This document shows positions 13,653 through 31,955 of a stretch of DNA of 64,000 nucleotides, in pieces. The translations under genes were made by a program, and so were the position numbers. How positions within the stretch are numbered: the stretch's first letter is position 1; every line of letters starts with the position of its first letter. Origin of the DNA: Balanoglossus misakiensis (lineage: Eukaryota > Animalia > Hemichordata); assembly GCA_040954595.2 (NCBI GenBank), contig CM082598.2:4148607-4212606 (forward strand), given 5' to 3'. Below the pieces are notes generated by a model. The model was not told the origin of the DNA. It worked only from the letters and a program-made list of their open reading frames with translations, and did not search any database.

Positions 13653-14880
13653 TCAACTGAGCATGGCGTGTCTGTCGAAGACATTTCTCTTCTGCTCCTG
13701 CACTTGGTGTTTCCAGCGCTGCTGGGCTGATCCGACACGCGAGAAGTAACTTCCGGACCGTCGCCTTGGAGTGAGTGTGGATATCTCCTACAAACGGGAA
13801 AATGAGAACATGGATATTTCACTCAGGAACTGAATAGGCTTACGATTTTTCCCCAGACCGCCCGGTAGGCTTTTATGATACTATAACTTCTTCTTACGAA
13901 AATTGCACAGTAACAGCTACACTTTAAACGTCCGATCACGTAAAAAATAATGTACCCCGTTGAAAATGAACCCCGCAAGTACACTGCAACCTACCTCTGG
14001 TTCTTCCTGCAATGGCTGGGATTTCGGGAAGCCTCTCTTTTTACACAACCATGGGTCAATAGCCAGCAGGTACACCATGTATACAAACAACACGGCTATC
14101 AAGGTCACCACAAATATCACCATGACCTTGGATAGAAAATAAGTGCATGAAATCAGAGAAACAAATTTATGTTTTATTCAAGACATATATTGTCCTTTCT
14201 CCTAATGCATGAATATTGCAAGAAATGAGTGAATATTCACCTTTATCGTTGTCGTGTTTCTAATCTCATACCGGCATTCACACAACAGGCAGAACTTTTC
14301 TTCTCTTTGCACGATGTGTGCGCACGTGCTTAAAGTTGAAAAGAAATCAGACATGAGTTGGCATGGCAACATCTCAAAGATAAACTGTTTCTATGCCATG
14401 CTCTAGTTATGTTTAAAAGAAAAAGATCTACAACGGTGGGACTTAGGATAAGTTAAGTTCAGAAATGATGGGGAGAGCAGTGTGTCATCAAGATGGGGCC
14501 CAGGGAATAGTCACCCCCTGGATGACATATCACCCCCCCCCCCCCCCCAGTTGATGCAAAACAAACTCACCACTGTTCCGCCATAACATTCCTTATATAG
14601 ATACTACGCGTCTGATTGTTGTCAGGGTCTGTGGGACACACACATTTACACCTTGCATCGTCGAACTGGGCCTGGAAGGAGAAAAATTCATATGATCCAT
14701 TGCAAATTGTGAAAAGGGCAAAATTGCAAACCGGAAGTAACCATATCCGTTTTGCTTTGTAGACGCGTTTTTCGAACCACACATAGAGGCACGACAACTG
14801 ATCCTTACCTGGACGCAAACCGATGCCACTCCCACGAACAGCAATGTGTAGAATACAAGGTTTTCACGACAGGAAGCCAT
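13653..14880 (-). CDS. TMEM9: Transmembrane protein 9 family (TMEM9/TMEM9B)
   Basis: Five exons: 14809-14880, 14571-14671, 14241-14328, 13995-14126, 13653-13787. Signal peptide, then AQFDDARCKCVCP..., CLLCECRYEIRNTTTIKV, a TM helix, and the family C-terminus QQRWKHQVQEQKRNVFDRHAMLS*. Confidence 0.95.
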
Positions 14881-15734
14881 GGTTTATGTGAGACAAAAAT
14901 TCTCAAGAGTTAATCAGATTACGATAGTCGCCATTTTGTTCATTCCGTGGTGCGATTCGGTCGCATGAGGGCGCACGGTGAGCCAAGCCAAGGACGCAGC
15001 TGGCGTCAATGAAATTGGGCTTCTTTTGTTTTTAGGTCCTATTTGGTATGCATATATTTACGTACCATGGGACCTTATGGAATCCGTTGCGTCTGTAAGT
15101 TTTTGTGTGCGTTACGATGTCCTCGTGTTCAATGGTTCATTGACCAGGTGGACCCCACTTTCATTCTGCGTGACCAGGTGTTAATGAATTATGTATTCTT
15201 GGTCGTATAAAAGACTACATTGCTATTCTTTACTATCAATCTAGTGATCTGGCCATGTGACCCACGGCGTTGTCATTTTCAGGTGACGGGCACGCAATAT
15301 TTCGACATCCAGTAAAACTTTTCCCAGTACGCGCAAAAATCATTTTTCTAAAGCCGTATCTCATGCAAGGGCGTCATCTTGCAGATGACGTTATGTGTGT
15401 CCCCAGGAACGCCAAATAAAGTTGTCATATGTACAAATTTCTCATTTTCCTCCAACGCGATAAACGAGATTAAGAAATTATCAACCGGCTTATCATGTAA
15501 TTTAGCTCTTATCCTCCAACGAAGATTATTTCTAAGACTTTCAGACGAAATGTTTTAGTGGTGTGACGTCAGACACAAACGATATTGATCAATGTATGTG
15601 TGCCTAGGGGGTCTTTCATGTGAACGACCGAGATTTGGGTATAAAGTTGTTGTTTGGCAACAGGTGGTGTTAAGTCGGATAACAGGCGAGCACGCAATAT
15701 TATTCTCTCCTCTTTTGCCACCAGCCTTCAAAAA
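14881..15734. promoter_or_regulatory. Divergent promoter region between TMEM9 (-) and Dkk3-like A (+)
   Basis: 854 bp between the two ATGs. YY1-like CGCCATTTT at ~14930, CRE palindrome TGACGTCA at 15564-15571, TATAAA at 15640-15645. Confidence 0.55.
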
Positions 15735-20825
<5,091 letters not shown>

Positions 20826-22067
20826 ACTCTAGTCTCATGTGCAAACTGTTTCGATGGATACACCTTTTCACAAGTCTAGCGCCAACGAAACTTTTCCCTA
20901 TTGGATTCGTTTTGAGTTAAAAATCATCATGGGTGTGTAAGGGCGCTAGACTTACGAAAATGTTTTATTGGTAAACATTAGCGGTTTTTAAAACGTCCCT
21001 TCACCTTTTAAATTTTAGGCGAGACTTTGTCGTTCATATTAGGTAATCACTTGTGATATATGTAGACCGATTAGAACACATCAAACCAATCTTCATTTAC
21101 GATTTTGCATTTCAAGTTCTTCTGTCTCAAGTTGGGGACCTTTTTGAAATTTTTATCGTGATTTCGTTTTCACTTGCTTGTTGTTGTTTTGTCTAACGTT
21201 GAAAATCAGAAATCAGAATCATTTTGCCATGGTAACTGTAGCTAAATTTGCACTATTTACACAGCAATATCGTAGGTGCATAATTATGCAAATTAAGCAT
21301 TGCTTGTTTGACAGGCCTTTAACCTCCAGGGTATATGCCATGCCACCATTTTGTTCATGTTGCTATTTATCGACCCTGTTAAACTATGAGTCAGCTATAA
21401 ACCAGGTGGACGTTAAATATAGAAACAATTATTGGTCTTGTGTACCCAGGTCTTTCGAATAATAAAGATCATTCCAGAATGGGCTTTATAATTGGAACAC
21501 CCGGTCATTGCATTTTTGTCTGCCTTTAAAGCCATAATAGCTGCCATTTCTATTATATTTTAATCGATGACGTATTTCAATTTTCTCCTAATCCGTATTT
21601 GACAAATGACAGTATTTGGATTCTGTGGGGATTTAATGCCCATGTGTTCATACCACAATAGCTGTGTACTCTTACAATGGGCAGTATAATAAACGGGTGC
21701 GCTCCCGTGCAAGAAAACACTGAAAAAATAACCAAACTTTGGAGTTATTGTGGATTTAATAGCTTTTCGTACAGTGTAATGCCAGAGATCATTCCAGATG
21801 CAACTTGCGGCAGAATCACTGTGCTAGGGGACCCGTGCCCATATTTTATCTGTCCTTGTTTGTTTTCTGCATCAGTGCAATAACCATTTGAGAATTTGCT
21901 TGGAATCGGAAGGCCAGGGGGTCTACTCTGGTATAGTTATAAAACCGTGTAGAAAAACGCGAACGACATACGGCCAACCCAATTTAGACGTACGAGCTAG
22001 GTTACGACTGTTGCAGCTGCGGTTTAGGGAATTTAGGGTACAAGTAAAAATAAAAGAATACCACGAA

Positions 22068-24857
22068 ATGCGAGCACTGCTCCTCGGTCTGTGCACACTT
22101 GCACTCGTTGTATCTGGATACGGAAGATATGGGGGATTTGCTCCGACCATGATGGGATCGTTGGAATCTCTGTTTGGTAGGATAGACAGGGTGATAAGCA
22201 GTGATGACGGTAAGCGGGAATTTATTACGAAAATTGGAAATTTAATACTTTTATTTTAATTATGGAATTTAGAATATCGGAGTTATCTTTATCAGACTGC
22301 GACTGTTTGGTGAGAAAATAAATTTGAATCGTCATCTTCATAATTTAATAGTTCTTGAGGCTGATAACAAGCTGTATTTCAAACCTCGACTTCGCAGATT
22401 CTGAAGGAAGACTGGCAGAGTTTGCTTCCCTGCCAGCAAACTACACGAACACGTCATCAGTGGTTGAACATATCAACAACACAACGATAGTCATGAACAC
22501 AACAATAGTGAAGTTGACCATAAACAACTCTACACTCGTGGTTGTCCTGAAGTCCAAGGAAGTGTCTGGCCCAAGTCAATCGGTAAGAAAGGTCAGCTGA
22601 AATTGAGGACTGTTCTTAATAATAGGTTGCCACTTCTAATACAAAGTAACAACCACATTGTTTGCAATGATGTACTTTGTAGTAGTTACACTACAGTGTA
22701 ATACAAAGTAACAACCGCATAGTTTGCAATGATGTACATTGTAGCAGTTACACTACAGTGTAATACAAAGTAACAACTACATTGTTTGCAATGATATACT
22801 TTGTAGCAGTTACAATACAGTGTAATACAAAGTAACAACCACATTGTTTGAAATGATGTATATTGTAGCAGTTACACTCTATGTCTAGACTTTAAGCAGC
22901 TGTGTGTCGTATGCGACCCATACCCGCAGACGGGACAACACCCACCCTTTATACAACATGTAAGATTGAAGTCGCTATATTAGCATTAGACACGCTAATG
23001 CATATCAGAGGACACTATTTAATAACCACTATTAAACAAGACAGACATTATTATCGTGATAATGAGCCATAATTGAAACACAGCATGACGTATGTAATTT
23101 GAAATATTAAACATCTTGAACATCAGGTCACATGTCTCAAAAAGTTGCAGGTACGATGTCCTCTATTTATATATTAATCGACAAGGAATTGAAAATCTGC
23201 CTTTCATGTCCATTTATAGCCCATGAAAGAACAAATAGACGGGGAATATAATATTGAAATATCCGAAATTGTGCGGGTTGTAGTAGGATTGGAGCCCTAT
23301 TGGAATTGTGGCGCATATTCTCTATCAGTAAAAATAGAATGGCCTTAATTATAGAAATCAAACAGAGATCTATCAAAAAGTAATTACACAGTCATCTACT
23401 AAACGAGTACCACTACAAAAGCTTAAATATTTTTTATTTGATTGTCAACAAGGCGTGTTGTCACATATCATGCTTTGTAAGTCATTTCATCGTGGTGTAC
23501 CTCTTCATCTTGTATATGCCTAAAATAGATCACTGGCAAATGTAAATGTTGGAACGGTATAACACATATGAATTCTATCGGAGATAAAACTTGTTTGAAA
23601 TCAAAACAGCACACATTTCTACTATCTGTAAATAGACTGGTATCTTGCAGTTATTTTAGTGTTTTTCTTTAATTTTTATTTCGAGTGAGGACTTTGCTAT
23701 GTGGAATGGTCAGTGTGCATATAAAACTGCGGTTAAATTGAGTTGCTCCTGGGACTATTTGTAATCAGTCTTCCATTTGTTGGCATATATAAGTTATTGT
23801 GAAAGTTCTTTTGTTTTCTTTCTCTTGTCAGCTGTACTGCGACTCGGACGCTGATTGCGCAGACGACGAATTCTGCGATAGAGGATTTCTGTTCTTCATG
23901 AACAAATGCCAGACATGCACACCAGAGGGCGGATACTGTACGAGCAACCAGGAATGTTGCAACAACCAATCCTGTGTTCTGGGAGAGTGCATGGACGCCC
24001 TCTATGGCAGCGAGGGAATGCTGTGTGCATCTTCTGACGACTGCAGCGAAGATCTCTGTTGTGCGTTTAGTTACAGTAAGTGGTTTGAAAATGTCTTTAT
24101 ATGGTAGTATTTTCTTTTTCGGGCCCAGAAATAGGGGCCGGTGTATGAAAGAAACCGTATAATCCAAATTGCTGAGAAACTCACTTCATATTGCGCCACT
24201 TGTACGTCGTGGACACGTGTATATCTTTCATACATGATACATGTACGTCTCTCAACAGGGCTTGGTCAGAAAGTTTGTAAGCCACTCGCCAGGGAAGGAG
24301 AAGCGTGCCACAGAGGGCGCACCTCTGTGTTGGACTTCGGCAACTTGTTCGGTTTGCCTTCCAGATCTTGTCCCTGCATCGGTGGTCTGCAATGCAGGTC
24401 AGCGGGCGGGTGAGTACAATGTATATGTAGCTTTGCACATGTTGCTATGACAATACGCGCAGCGCCAATATTTTAATATGGCACCTTTTAATTGCACAAC
24501 GAAAATTAAAACGCTGGTACCTAATCACCAGAAATTCACGTGACACTATAAGATTATTGAAACATTGTGTGATATTCTTTTCATTTTCAGTCAGTTTCAT
24601 TTTAATTTTTGTCTGTCTGTCTGTCTGTCTGTATGCCTGTCTGTCTGTGTAATGGATTCGTCTTATGAGAGACTGAGGTATTACAGCCAGCTAGACCAAA
24701 TGATGTATGACAAAGACTAAAATAACATAACTAAAAAATCTTGTACTGTACATATATTCACAGGTTTTTCAGTTTCTTCAGATCGCCAGTTTGTGTTGCT
24801 GAATATTGGGGCGACGGTAGCCTTCAGCTGATGAGGGCCTACAAGTCCAGACCATAG
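22068..24857 (+). CDS. DKK3: Dickkopf-3-like protein B (~271 aa)
   Basis: Exons 22068-22209, 22398-22582 (Soggy-like LPANYTNTS...KLTINNST), 23832-24075 (CRD1), 24259-24409 (CKPLAREGEAC...CPCIGGLQC), 24764-24857 (TAG). Intron phases (1,0,1,2) match paralog A. TATAAAA at 21938. Confidence 0.9.
22637..22878. repeat. 62-bp minisatellite, ~4 copies, in Dkk3-B intron 2
   Basis: Unit TAATACAAAGTAACAACCACATTGTTTGCAATGATG...CAGTG starts at 22637, 22699, 22761 and 22823. Confidence 0.95.
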
Positions 24858-27800
24858 CATCTGCAAGCAAAGCAGTCCGCATAGTGCATGTTTAATAGAG
24901 AACCTGCTGAAGACCTGCTCACTCTAAGATGAGTAAACCAGATCTAGACTTGAGGATTATTTCTTGATTTATTTTATTCTGGCATGACTGAATGCAAATA
25001 AATAACATCTGTAATGCATTCTGTCTGTTTCACAATGGCGGATCTTGTAGGTAACTTTGAATGATGCATGGTCGTGAACATAAGGTTACTGAAGGTTCAA
25101 GAAAGTGATCTGTTTCTGAGCTGTTTCCCCAGGTAGGCCCAAAAAAAGTCTCTTTCGAAATTTGACTTCAATTCGTTGACGTCACCACCAATTAGTTAGC
25201 CGGTAGACAAGTTTGTCAGTCACCGACAATTTTTTTGCAAGAAACCACTCAAGGTAGCCACGTCGCTACTAACCACCTGCCGCGGAAGTTCCTCGCGGGA
25301 AAAACGCACTCCGTTAATGGAAATTCCTTCAAAACAAAAATAGACAACAACGAGAAATGGTTGAAGCAAATGGCCACTTTAACTCCTTAATATCCGTTTC
25401 TCGTCCGTCACCCATGGAAACGACACCCGCAACAGGACACGCGCGTCAAAGAGTTTTCACTTTTTTTGCTGTAAGCACTAGTATTTAATTAACGGATCTC
25501 GGCGTCCAGTTCCTGTCTTGAAACCAACTTTCTTGGGGTGATTTTTTTTCAAAAATAATAAATCTCATCGTGTGATACGCCAGTTTCTTATCACGGAGAT
25601 GGCGTAATTTTAAAATTGCTGGCAGCAATATGTAGTTCCGAACGTTTGGGAATTTTTGTACGCGTTTCGGCATAACAGTCAGACGTTTAGCCTTTGAACA
25701 TGGGCGCTCAGGCCCTTGACAACAAATCAACGCGAGCGATTAATTAATGATTCACGTTCAAGCATTGTAATATTATCGATTTTCTTGTTTTGACTTATAC
25801 GCATTTTGTCATGCTAACCTGTGTCTCTGTGTGTTGACCTATTCCCCTTACCTCAAAGTGGGGCTACGGTTGCCATGACTGCCACAATCAGTCAGTTTTC
25901 GTGCGCGTGCGGGGTTTATCTTAAATATCTCAGCGATGGTGTCGTAAACGGTCAACGCGATATTATCTTCGTACCAGTTGGGGGTTTGCTGAGATCGAGG
26001 AACGACCCATGTGTCGCCAACTCTTGTAGTCCGCGATGTAGGCATTCGCCACAACAAAGAACGGTGAGTAGTTTCCAAATATTGACTCAACTTTGTCCGC
26101 GTTGATTTGAGTCTACTAGATAAGGCGAGTTCGGATATTGGCTGGATTCGTAAACGAAACGAAATTGTAAATGGATTTAAGATCGTCTTCCACCGTACGC
26201 CATTACGCCATATTGCCCCTGCAATAGACTGGCATAAATCGATAAAAACTACAGAATTTCATAACATGAGACTTGTAGGCCTAAACGAATTATATCTCAG
26301 AAAATCTCAGTTTTATGCGAAAAAAAGCCCCGAAGAAGTCATTCCATTAATATCTGACACTTGTTAAAGAAAACAAAATTAAGCAACAAACGGGTAGTTT
26401 TCGTGTTTTTATTGACGCCTTGTTTGCACCGATCAATAAAATAGTTTAAGTGTGTATGGGACTTAATCAATCAGCTTATAGGGTCTTGGCGTTTGGACTC
26501 TTGTATGGACTTTTATAGACTAAAAGATAAAACGTCGCACTTTATCGATTTTATGACCACTGGCATGTCAGAGCAACTTAACTGTTTGCCTAACTGTTCC
26601 AAAGTTTATTTTTGGATTGGGTGAGAAATGTCAATCGGGAGTGTTGAGTACATAATCTTTCTGTTTGGATATCTACATATGCCGTTGGTTTCTTACTCGT
26701 TTGTCTACATACCGGTCGGTCCGTCTGTGTGTGTGTGTGTGTCTGTGTGTATGTGTGTGTGCGTGCGCGTGTCCACAGTGTATACTGCAAATCTTCATGC
26801 CCTCATATGTACAGTCAGCATATCTATCGATTAATCTTTCATCTGTTTTGGCAGCAAAGTTTTTATTTGGTCGGCATTCTCTATGAGACTCATTGTTTGC
26901 TATTTCGGGTCAAAAGGTCTTCTTGATAATTGTCAAATAAATTCAATAAAAAACTCATTTATCAGTCTGCATTTCTGTCGTTACCTGTCTCGCTAAATTA
27001 TACTCCTATTACTAAACCATCACCGTTAATGTTTAGCGGAATGGGTCGTCCACATATTTGAAAATGGCGGGGTCATAATTTCTCGACGGGCCCACAGGTG
27101 TCATCGCACGGCCAACTCATAAAACCACTGTTATTATTACAAGTACATGTATATGTGCAGAATTTAGCATATATATGATTTATGTTTATAAATTTATTTA
27201 CTGTACTTAAAATAACGTTTGATTTTAATGTGGACATTGGTTCAAAATACTGTCTGCAATAGGGAGGCGTCTAAAATGCCTAAATTCCGTGGCAGAACCG
27301 AACCTAATCTAAAACGTGGAGTTGAATGAGCTTATTGAGTGTATGGCGCGAGTAACATAAAACTAGTGCAAAATGGCGTGTTGTAATGGCAGACGATTGT
27401 AGCAATTATGGCGGGAAATCCGACCTGACGACCACATTTTGTCGTCTTTGTTGGGCGAGGTACTCATTGTTTCCCGCGTTGAAAGACACTGCCGCGTGTG
27501 TTATGGCCGCAAAGTTTACACACAGCGTCAACTACTCACAGAGTTTGCACATTTGCTACCGACGCACTCAAACAAGCATTAGCTCTAAGTGCTGTGTTAT
27601 ATATTTTCTATTTGATGTGCACTTGTCTGGCGGGAGGACAATATTTTGCAACACCGTTGTGCGGCCGATGTTGACGCGCTTCTATTTACGTTGTCTTGGA
27701 AACACCCGTCGCGCTAATATGTGTTCCGGTCGTGTGACAGATTATGAAGAAAACAGATATCTACGGTTAAAGTTTTAAGCCCTGTACCCTGACACTCGAT

Positions 27801-28818
27801 AGAAATTTTGATAAAAATGACATGGTGAGATTTGATAATTATTGGTTTAGTATTGCCTAAGTTAGGGGTACCGATGACGCAAACGGTTCCGATACAGAAG
27901 ATTGTATTTACCGAATGCACCTGCCATTTTCTGTTTGGCTTCAGTGGAGCTTTACCACGCCAAGAGAGGTGCGGTGAGTAAAAAAAGTATTCATTTACCA
28001 CCAGTCCTAGTTGCGTTCAAAAATCACTAAAAAATCTTCGTCGAACAGAGGATATCAACATTTTAACGCACATGCTGTATGGCAACGCTCTGCAATGAAC
28101 TTCTCCGATGTTGACAAAACGGTAAGGTTCGAAAAGCTCTTCTGTGCTAACTGTTCCATTCATACTAGCATAGTGGGTGGCTAAAATAAACATTAATTTC
28201 TGGAATTACAGACGCCAATGTTTAAAGAACTGAAGTCCTTATGCAAAGATTGATATGATTATCTCGGTCTGACCACTTCTTCGGTTGAGAATCAATAGAG
28301 TAATGTACGTGTGAGGCAGAATGTTTTATGATTACGGGTGCATCTGTAAGACTACTGTCAGTATAAAATACCGCGAAATCTAAACAACAGGCGTGAATTA
28401 TATGAAGGGTTTCACACGAAGTGTCATTCTTTGTAAATATCCTGTCGGTGTTACTATCCATTAGGATACGAGTACTTGTAAGTGGCTTAGAACAGTCTTT
28501 TACGAATAAATTTCGTGGATAATGGGCATGTTTTAATTACTAGTATCCTCCCCAAGTCTATCTACCATCATGTTATAGTTTTCCTATTTTACTGTTTTTC
28601 CTTTTTTTCTGTAGGGGCTTTGACTCACACTCCAAGGACTTGACCAAACCACAGCTAATTCATTAGGTTTTGGAATCATAGCGAAGCTTTGGTGAAGTGA
28701 CAAGAGAGAACATCTCTCCAATAATTTCGTCGTGGGAAAGAGCTAGTGAGAAGCTGATGACCAATACACCTGTTTACTGCACGTCACGTGATCTTCTGAG
28801 CATTTTGTAAGATTCAAC

Positions 28819-29865
28819 ATGAGCAGTACTGAGGACGATTTGGAGGACGTGGGACCTTCCGCCATGACGAGGCCTATCATTTCCGTTACCATCACACCGA
28901 GACCGTTCACAACCGCCGGCCCGCGCAAGAAATCCAAAGCGCCTTCGAGGCCCCGAACGGTATCCGGAGACGAGGCTAAGATGGCGTCCAAAATGGCCAA
29001 GAACCGGAACGGCCAGCAACAGATTATGGAATTGTTCAAAATGAAGAACCGGACGCCCATGCCGGCAATATGCAAAGATCCTGTGCCTGTCTGCGGCCAA
29101 AAGGTGTATTTTCAACAACAACCGGGGACCAACTGCGCAAGCCCAGTACCATCTATCACCAACTTGAAATCGGGACAGCGGCCGGGGGCCAGGCACCTAT
29201 CGCTTGACATCGACCTCAGAAACAGCAAGGCTCACTGCCGTTGCTATAGAATCGACGACCGACTGAAGCAAAAAGTGCTGGTTATCAAGGACAGTGAAAT
29301 TTTGGAGGATCCGATGCCCGAATACCAACTCCCAAAACACCGGAACCAACTCAGCGACCCTTTCGTGAGGAAACGAATCTACCCACAGAAGATGAAAGCT
29401 CCGGATGTTCAGTTCAGTGGCGGAATGCGCCATGTTAGAGAAAAATTGAGAAACAATGTAGCCTTTCCTGAGAAAACAATAACGTCCCGGCATGCGTGGA
29501 CAGAGACTTTTGAAAAAGATGTGACGTCACGCCACGGCAAGCACAAAATTGTCGTCTACTACAACAAAACAGAAAGTCCCGAGCAGATGGCGGGAAACCC
29601 TAGACTACAATTGGGTAGAGATAAGGTGGCAGTATACAGTGACGTGCAAAGCGGCTCGGCGCGGCCTCTGGATGGATGTTTGTACAGTTGCTTGAAAGAC
29701 TCAATACATTCGTTGAAGCACGGAACGAATGACTGTGAGGGGAAGTCTAGCGGAACAAGGAGACGACAGTCGACGCCGGTTCTTTCTGCGTCACTCAAAC
29801 CCCACGGTCAGCGGGGAAAGAAAAGAATCAAGTCCGCCTGTAGTGTATCACCCGAGCAAGAATGA
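28819..29865 (+). CDS. Uncharacterised intronless basic protein, 348 aa
   Basis: Long ATG-to-TGA ORF, GC-richer than its flanks. A polypyrimidine/AG acceptor at ~28614 suggests an upstream non-coding exon (candidate donor ACG|GTGAGT near 26062). No domain recognised. Confidence 0.65.
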   Translation: MSSTEDDLEDVGPSAMTRPIISVTITPRPFTTAGPRKKSKAPSRPRTVSGDEAKMASKMAKNRNGQQQIMELFKMKNRTPMPAICKDPVPVCGQKVYFQQQPGTNCASPVPSITNLKSGQRPGARHLSLDIDLRNSKAHCRCYRIDDRLKQKVLVIKDSEILEDPMPEYQLPKHRNQLSDPFVRKRIYPQKMKAPDVQFSGGMRHVREKLRNNVAFPEKTITSRHAWTETFEKDVTSRHGKHKIVVYYNKTESPEQMAGNPRLQLGRDKVAVYSDVQSGSARPLDGCLYSCLKDSIHSLKHGTNDCEGKSSGTRRRQSTPVLSASLKPHGQRGKKRIKSACSVSPEQE

Positions 29866-30484
29866 TACATTGTATTTCGAGCACACATGTGCGTGAAAAG
29901 TCTTTCAACTTCAGTTCCTTTGCAGTCAGAGGTCCTGCATAACAGGGGAACAGTGTATATATTGAAGAAACGACATTATTTGGCAACACAGCCGTGTGAT
30001 CCCCGCATTCAGTAAATTCCACTCGGTTTCTTGCGTGTGTGTACAGATACATGTACACGACACCTATTCCATTGTTTTCACAGTTACATATGTACCATGT
30101 AAATTTGACACGTGCCAACCACATTTTTTCTGGTGGCCAGCACATGTTCTTTAGAATATTGACATGTCCGCTTGAAAAATTTACGAGGAATGTGATGCAG
30201 GTTCAAAAAGTAGCCGTTCATGAAAAAAGAACACGTGAAAGTTCGTGTTTGAAAGTCAGTTTCTGTAGATGTAGGCTGTTCTGTATGTATGTACCCTTTA
30301 AAATATCAATTCTAAACTATTCTGCATTCCATCTTGTGTGTAATCGTTGTAAAATGTTGTCCATTCCATTGGCGACGCCCTCTTGAGAGGCAAATCACAA
30401 TGTGAGGGAATGCTATGTTGCACACCGGAAGTCCTACAGGCTGGTCAGTCTCACGCCGCAAAGCACACTGGGTAAATTTCTGCC

Positions 30485-30622
30485 ATGGCCGCTCATTTTG
30501 AACTGAAAGCTGGCGCGGTTTACTCCCGATCTACGGACAAAGCCGGCTTGCTTGTGGTGGACCCGCGAGTCCGACGCCGAAGATTTGTTTCTGAACATGC
30601 ACCTGTTCGTCTGTCCTTGGAG
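30485..30622 (+). other. Candidate first exon (46 codons) with no resolved downstream partner
   Basis: ETS-like CCGGAAGT at ~30425, GCCATGG start context, strong GAG|GTAAGA donor at 30622/30623. Confidence 0.4.
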
Positions 30623-31556
30623 GTAAGAGATGCATTTCTTCCTAATGGGGTTTTATCGTTCGTATAAACCTGACTCGCTTACGGTCACACGTGTAGCTAT
30701 GCTATTTACGTACGTAGTACGGGAGTGACGTAATGCTCAACGGGCATTTGTGTTGTGGGGTCCTGCATGTTAAAATTGGTCGGTAATAGGCCCCCCAAAA
30801 ATAATACGTGCTGTTCCAGTAACATGGTGTTCATAAATAGGGTATGTAGGTAAGGAAACAAAATTATTTCGAAATTCTGTTGTTCTCGGTGGAGAATTTG
30901 GATGCGGACAATTTAATTGTTACTACGAGTAATTTAATTGTTATCCTCTGATGTAAAGTACGTATACGCCCTCTTGTGGTAAACTATGATTTTGCGTTCG
31001 AAACGGTTTCCTCTCAAACATGAAAATGACTGCACTGCTTTAGTTCAAAAATTTGTAATAACATCCCAGTCTAAATAAACTCGCTTCGCTTCGGTTTATA
31101 ATTTGCAGCTATCCATAGGAATTCTAAAACACGTGATTGAGTGTCATTTTACATAATTGCCGGAAGCTGGACACCAAGATTTAAAAATGATTTTATTCAT
31201 CTCATAAAACTACCATTTATTTTAAAATGCCTCGCCATCCTTCAACACATCTCAGGCAGTAAGACGCTGATGCTACCATTAAATATTTTTGCTCTGACTA
31301 TCATGAGACGTGGAAGACATGTTTTCTACAGAGAATAAAGACACATTTATATATTGTGATGGACATAACAAATCAAAATAAAAAATTAAATCAGTTTCTG
31401 GTAAAAAAGTCAACAGCGTGTGATAGAATTCAGACTTGACAGAAAACGCGAGTGTCATAATATAGCAGTCGATGGGCTGTTTTTTATTAGCGTCATTTTC
31501 GGAACTATAAAATATAGCACTGTATGGAGTTGATTGTTGATTGGTTGCCATGGCAA

Positions 31557-31955
31557 TCACGACGCCGCCATATTGCGTACTGCCTCGGTTTCGGCTGCGT
31601 AGTTGCGGCATTTGTAGTCATAGAGACAGACGAAGAGTCCAACCACCAGTATCATTCCTCCAATGGTCCCGGCAATCATTGCGGACGCCATGTCCATTGT
31701 GAAGGTCTGCGCTCCTGCGGGAGAATAAGAACATAAAATTTTGGTACTAGGAGGGCGCTGTTCAGAACTAAGGTTGTACACTACACCCAAGTGTTTGACC
31801 TCTTGACACTTTCCTAAATATTCTTCTCTTGGCCGACATATGTATCATATACACATACATGGGATACAATGATAAACGCTCATACCTTCCTCGGCATATA
31901 CAGAAGACGTCATAACCATCACCGCAAGTGCCAACAGGAAACCGTGAAGCGCCAT
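31557..31955 (-). CDS. Small single-pass type I membrane protein (75 aa)
   Basis: Exons 31886-31955 (MALHGFLLALAVMVMTSSVYAEE, signal peptide; acceptor immediately before the ATG) and 31557-31714 (GAQTFTMDMASAMIAGTIGGMILVVGLFVCLYDYKCRNYAAETEAVRNMAAS*), joined by a phase-1 GT-AG intron. Confidence 0.75.

Noticed and set aside
22637-22878. Regularly spaced repeats as a possible CRISPR array
   Set aside because: Head-to-tail 62-bp units without unique spacers, in a eukaryotic intron with no cas genes.
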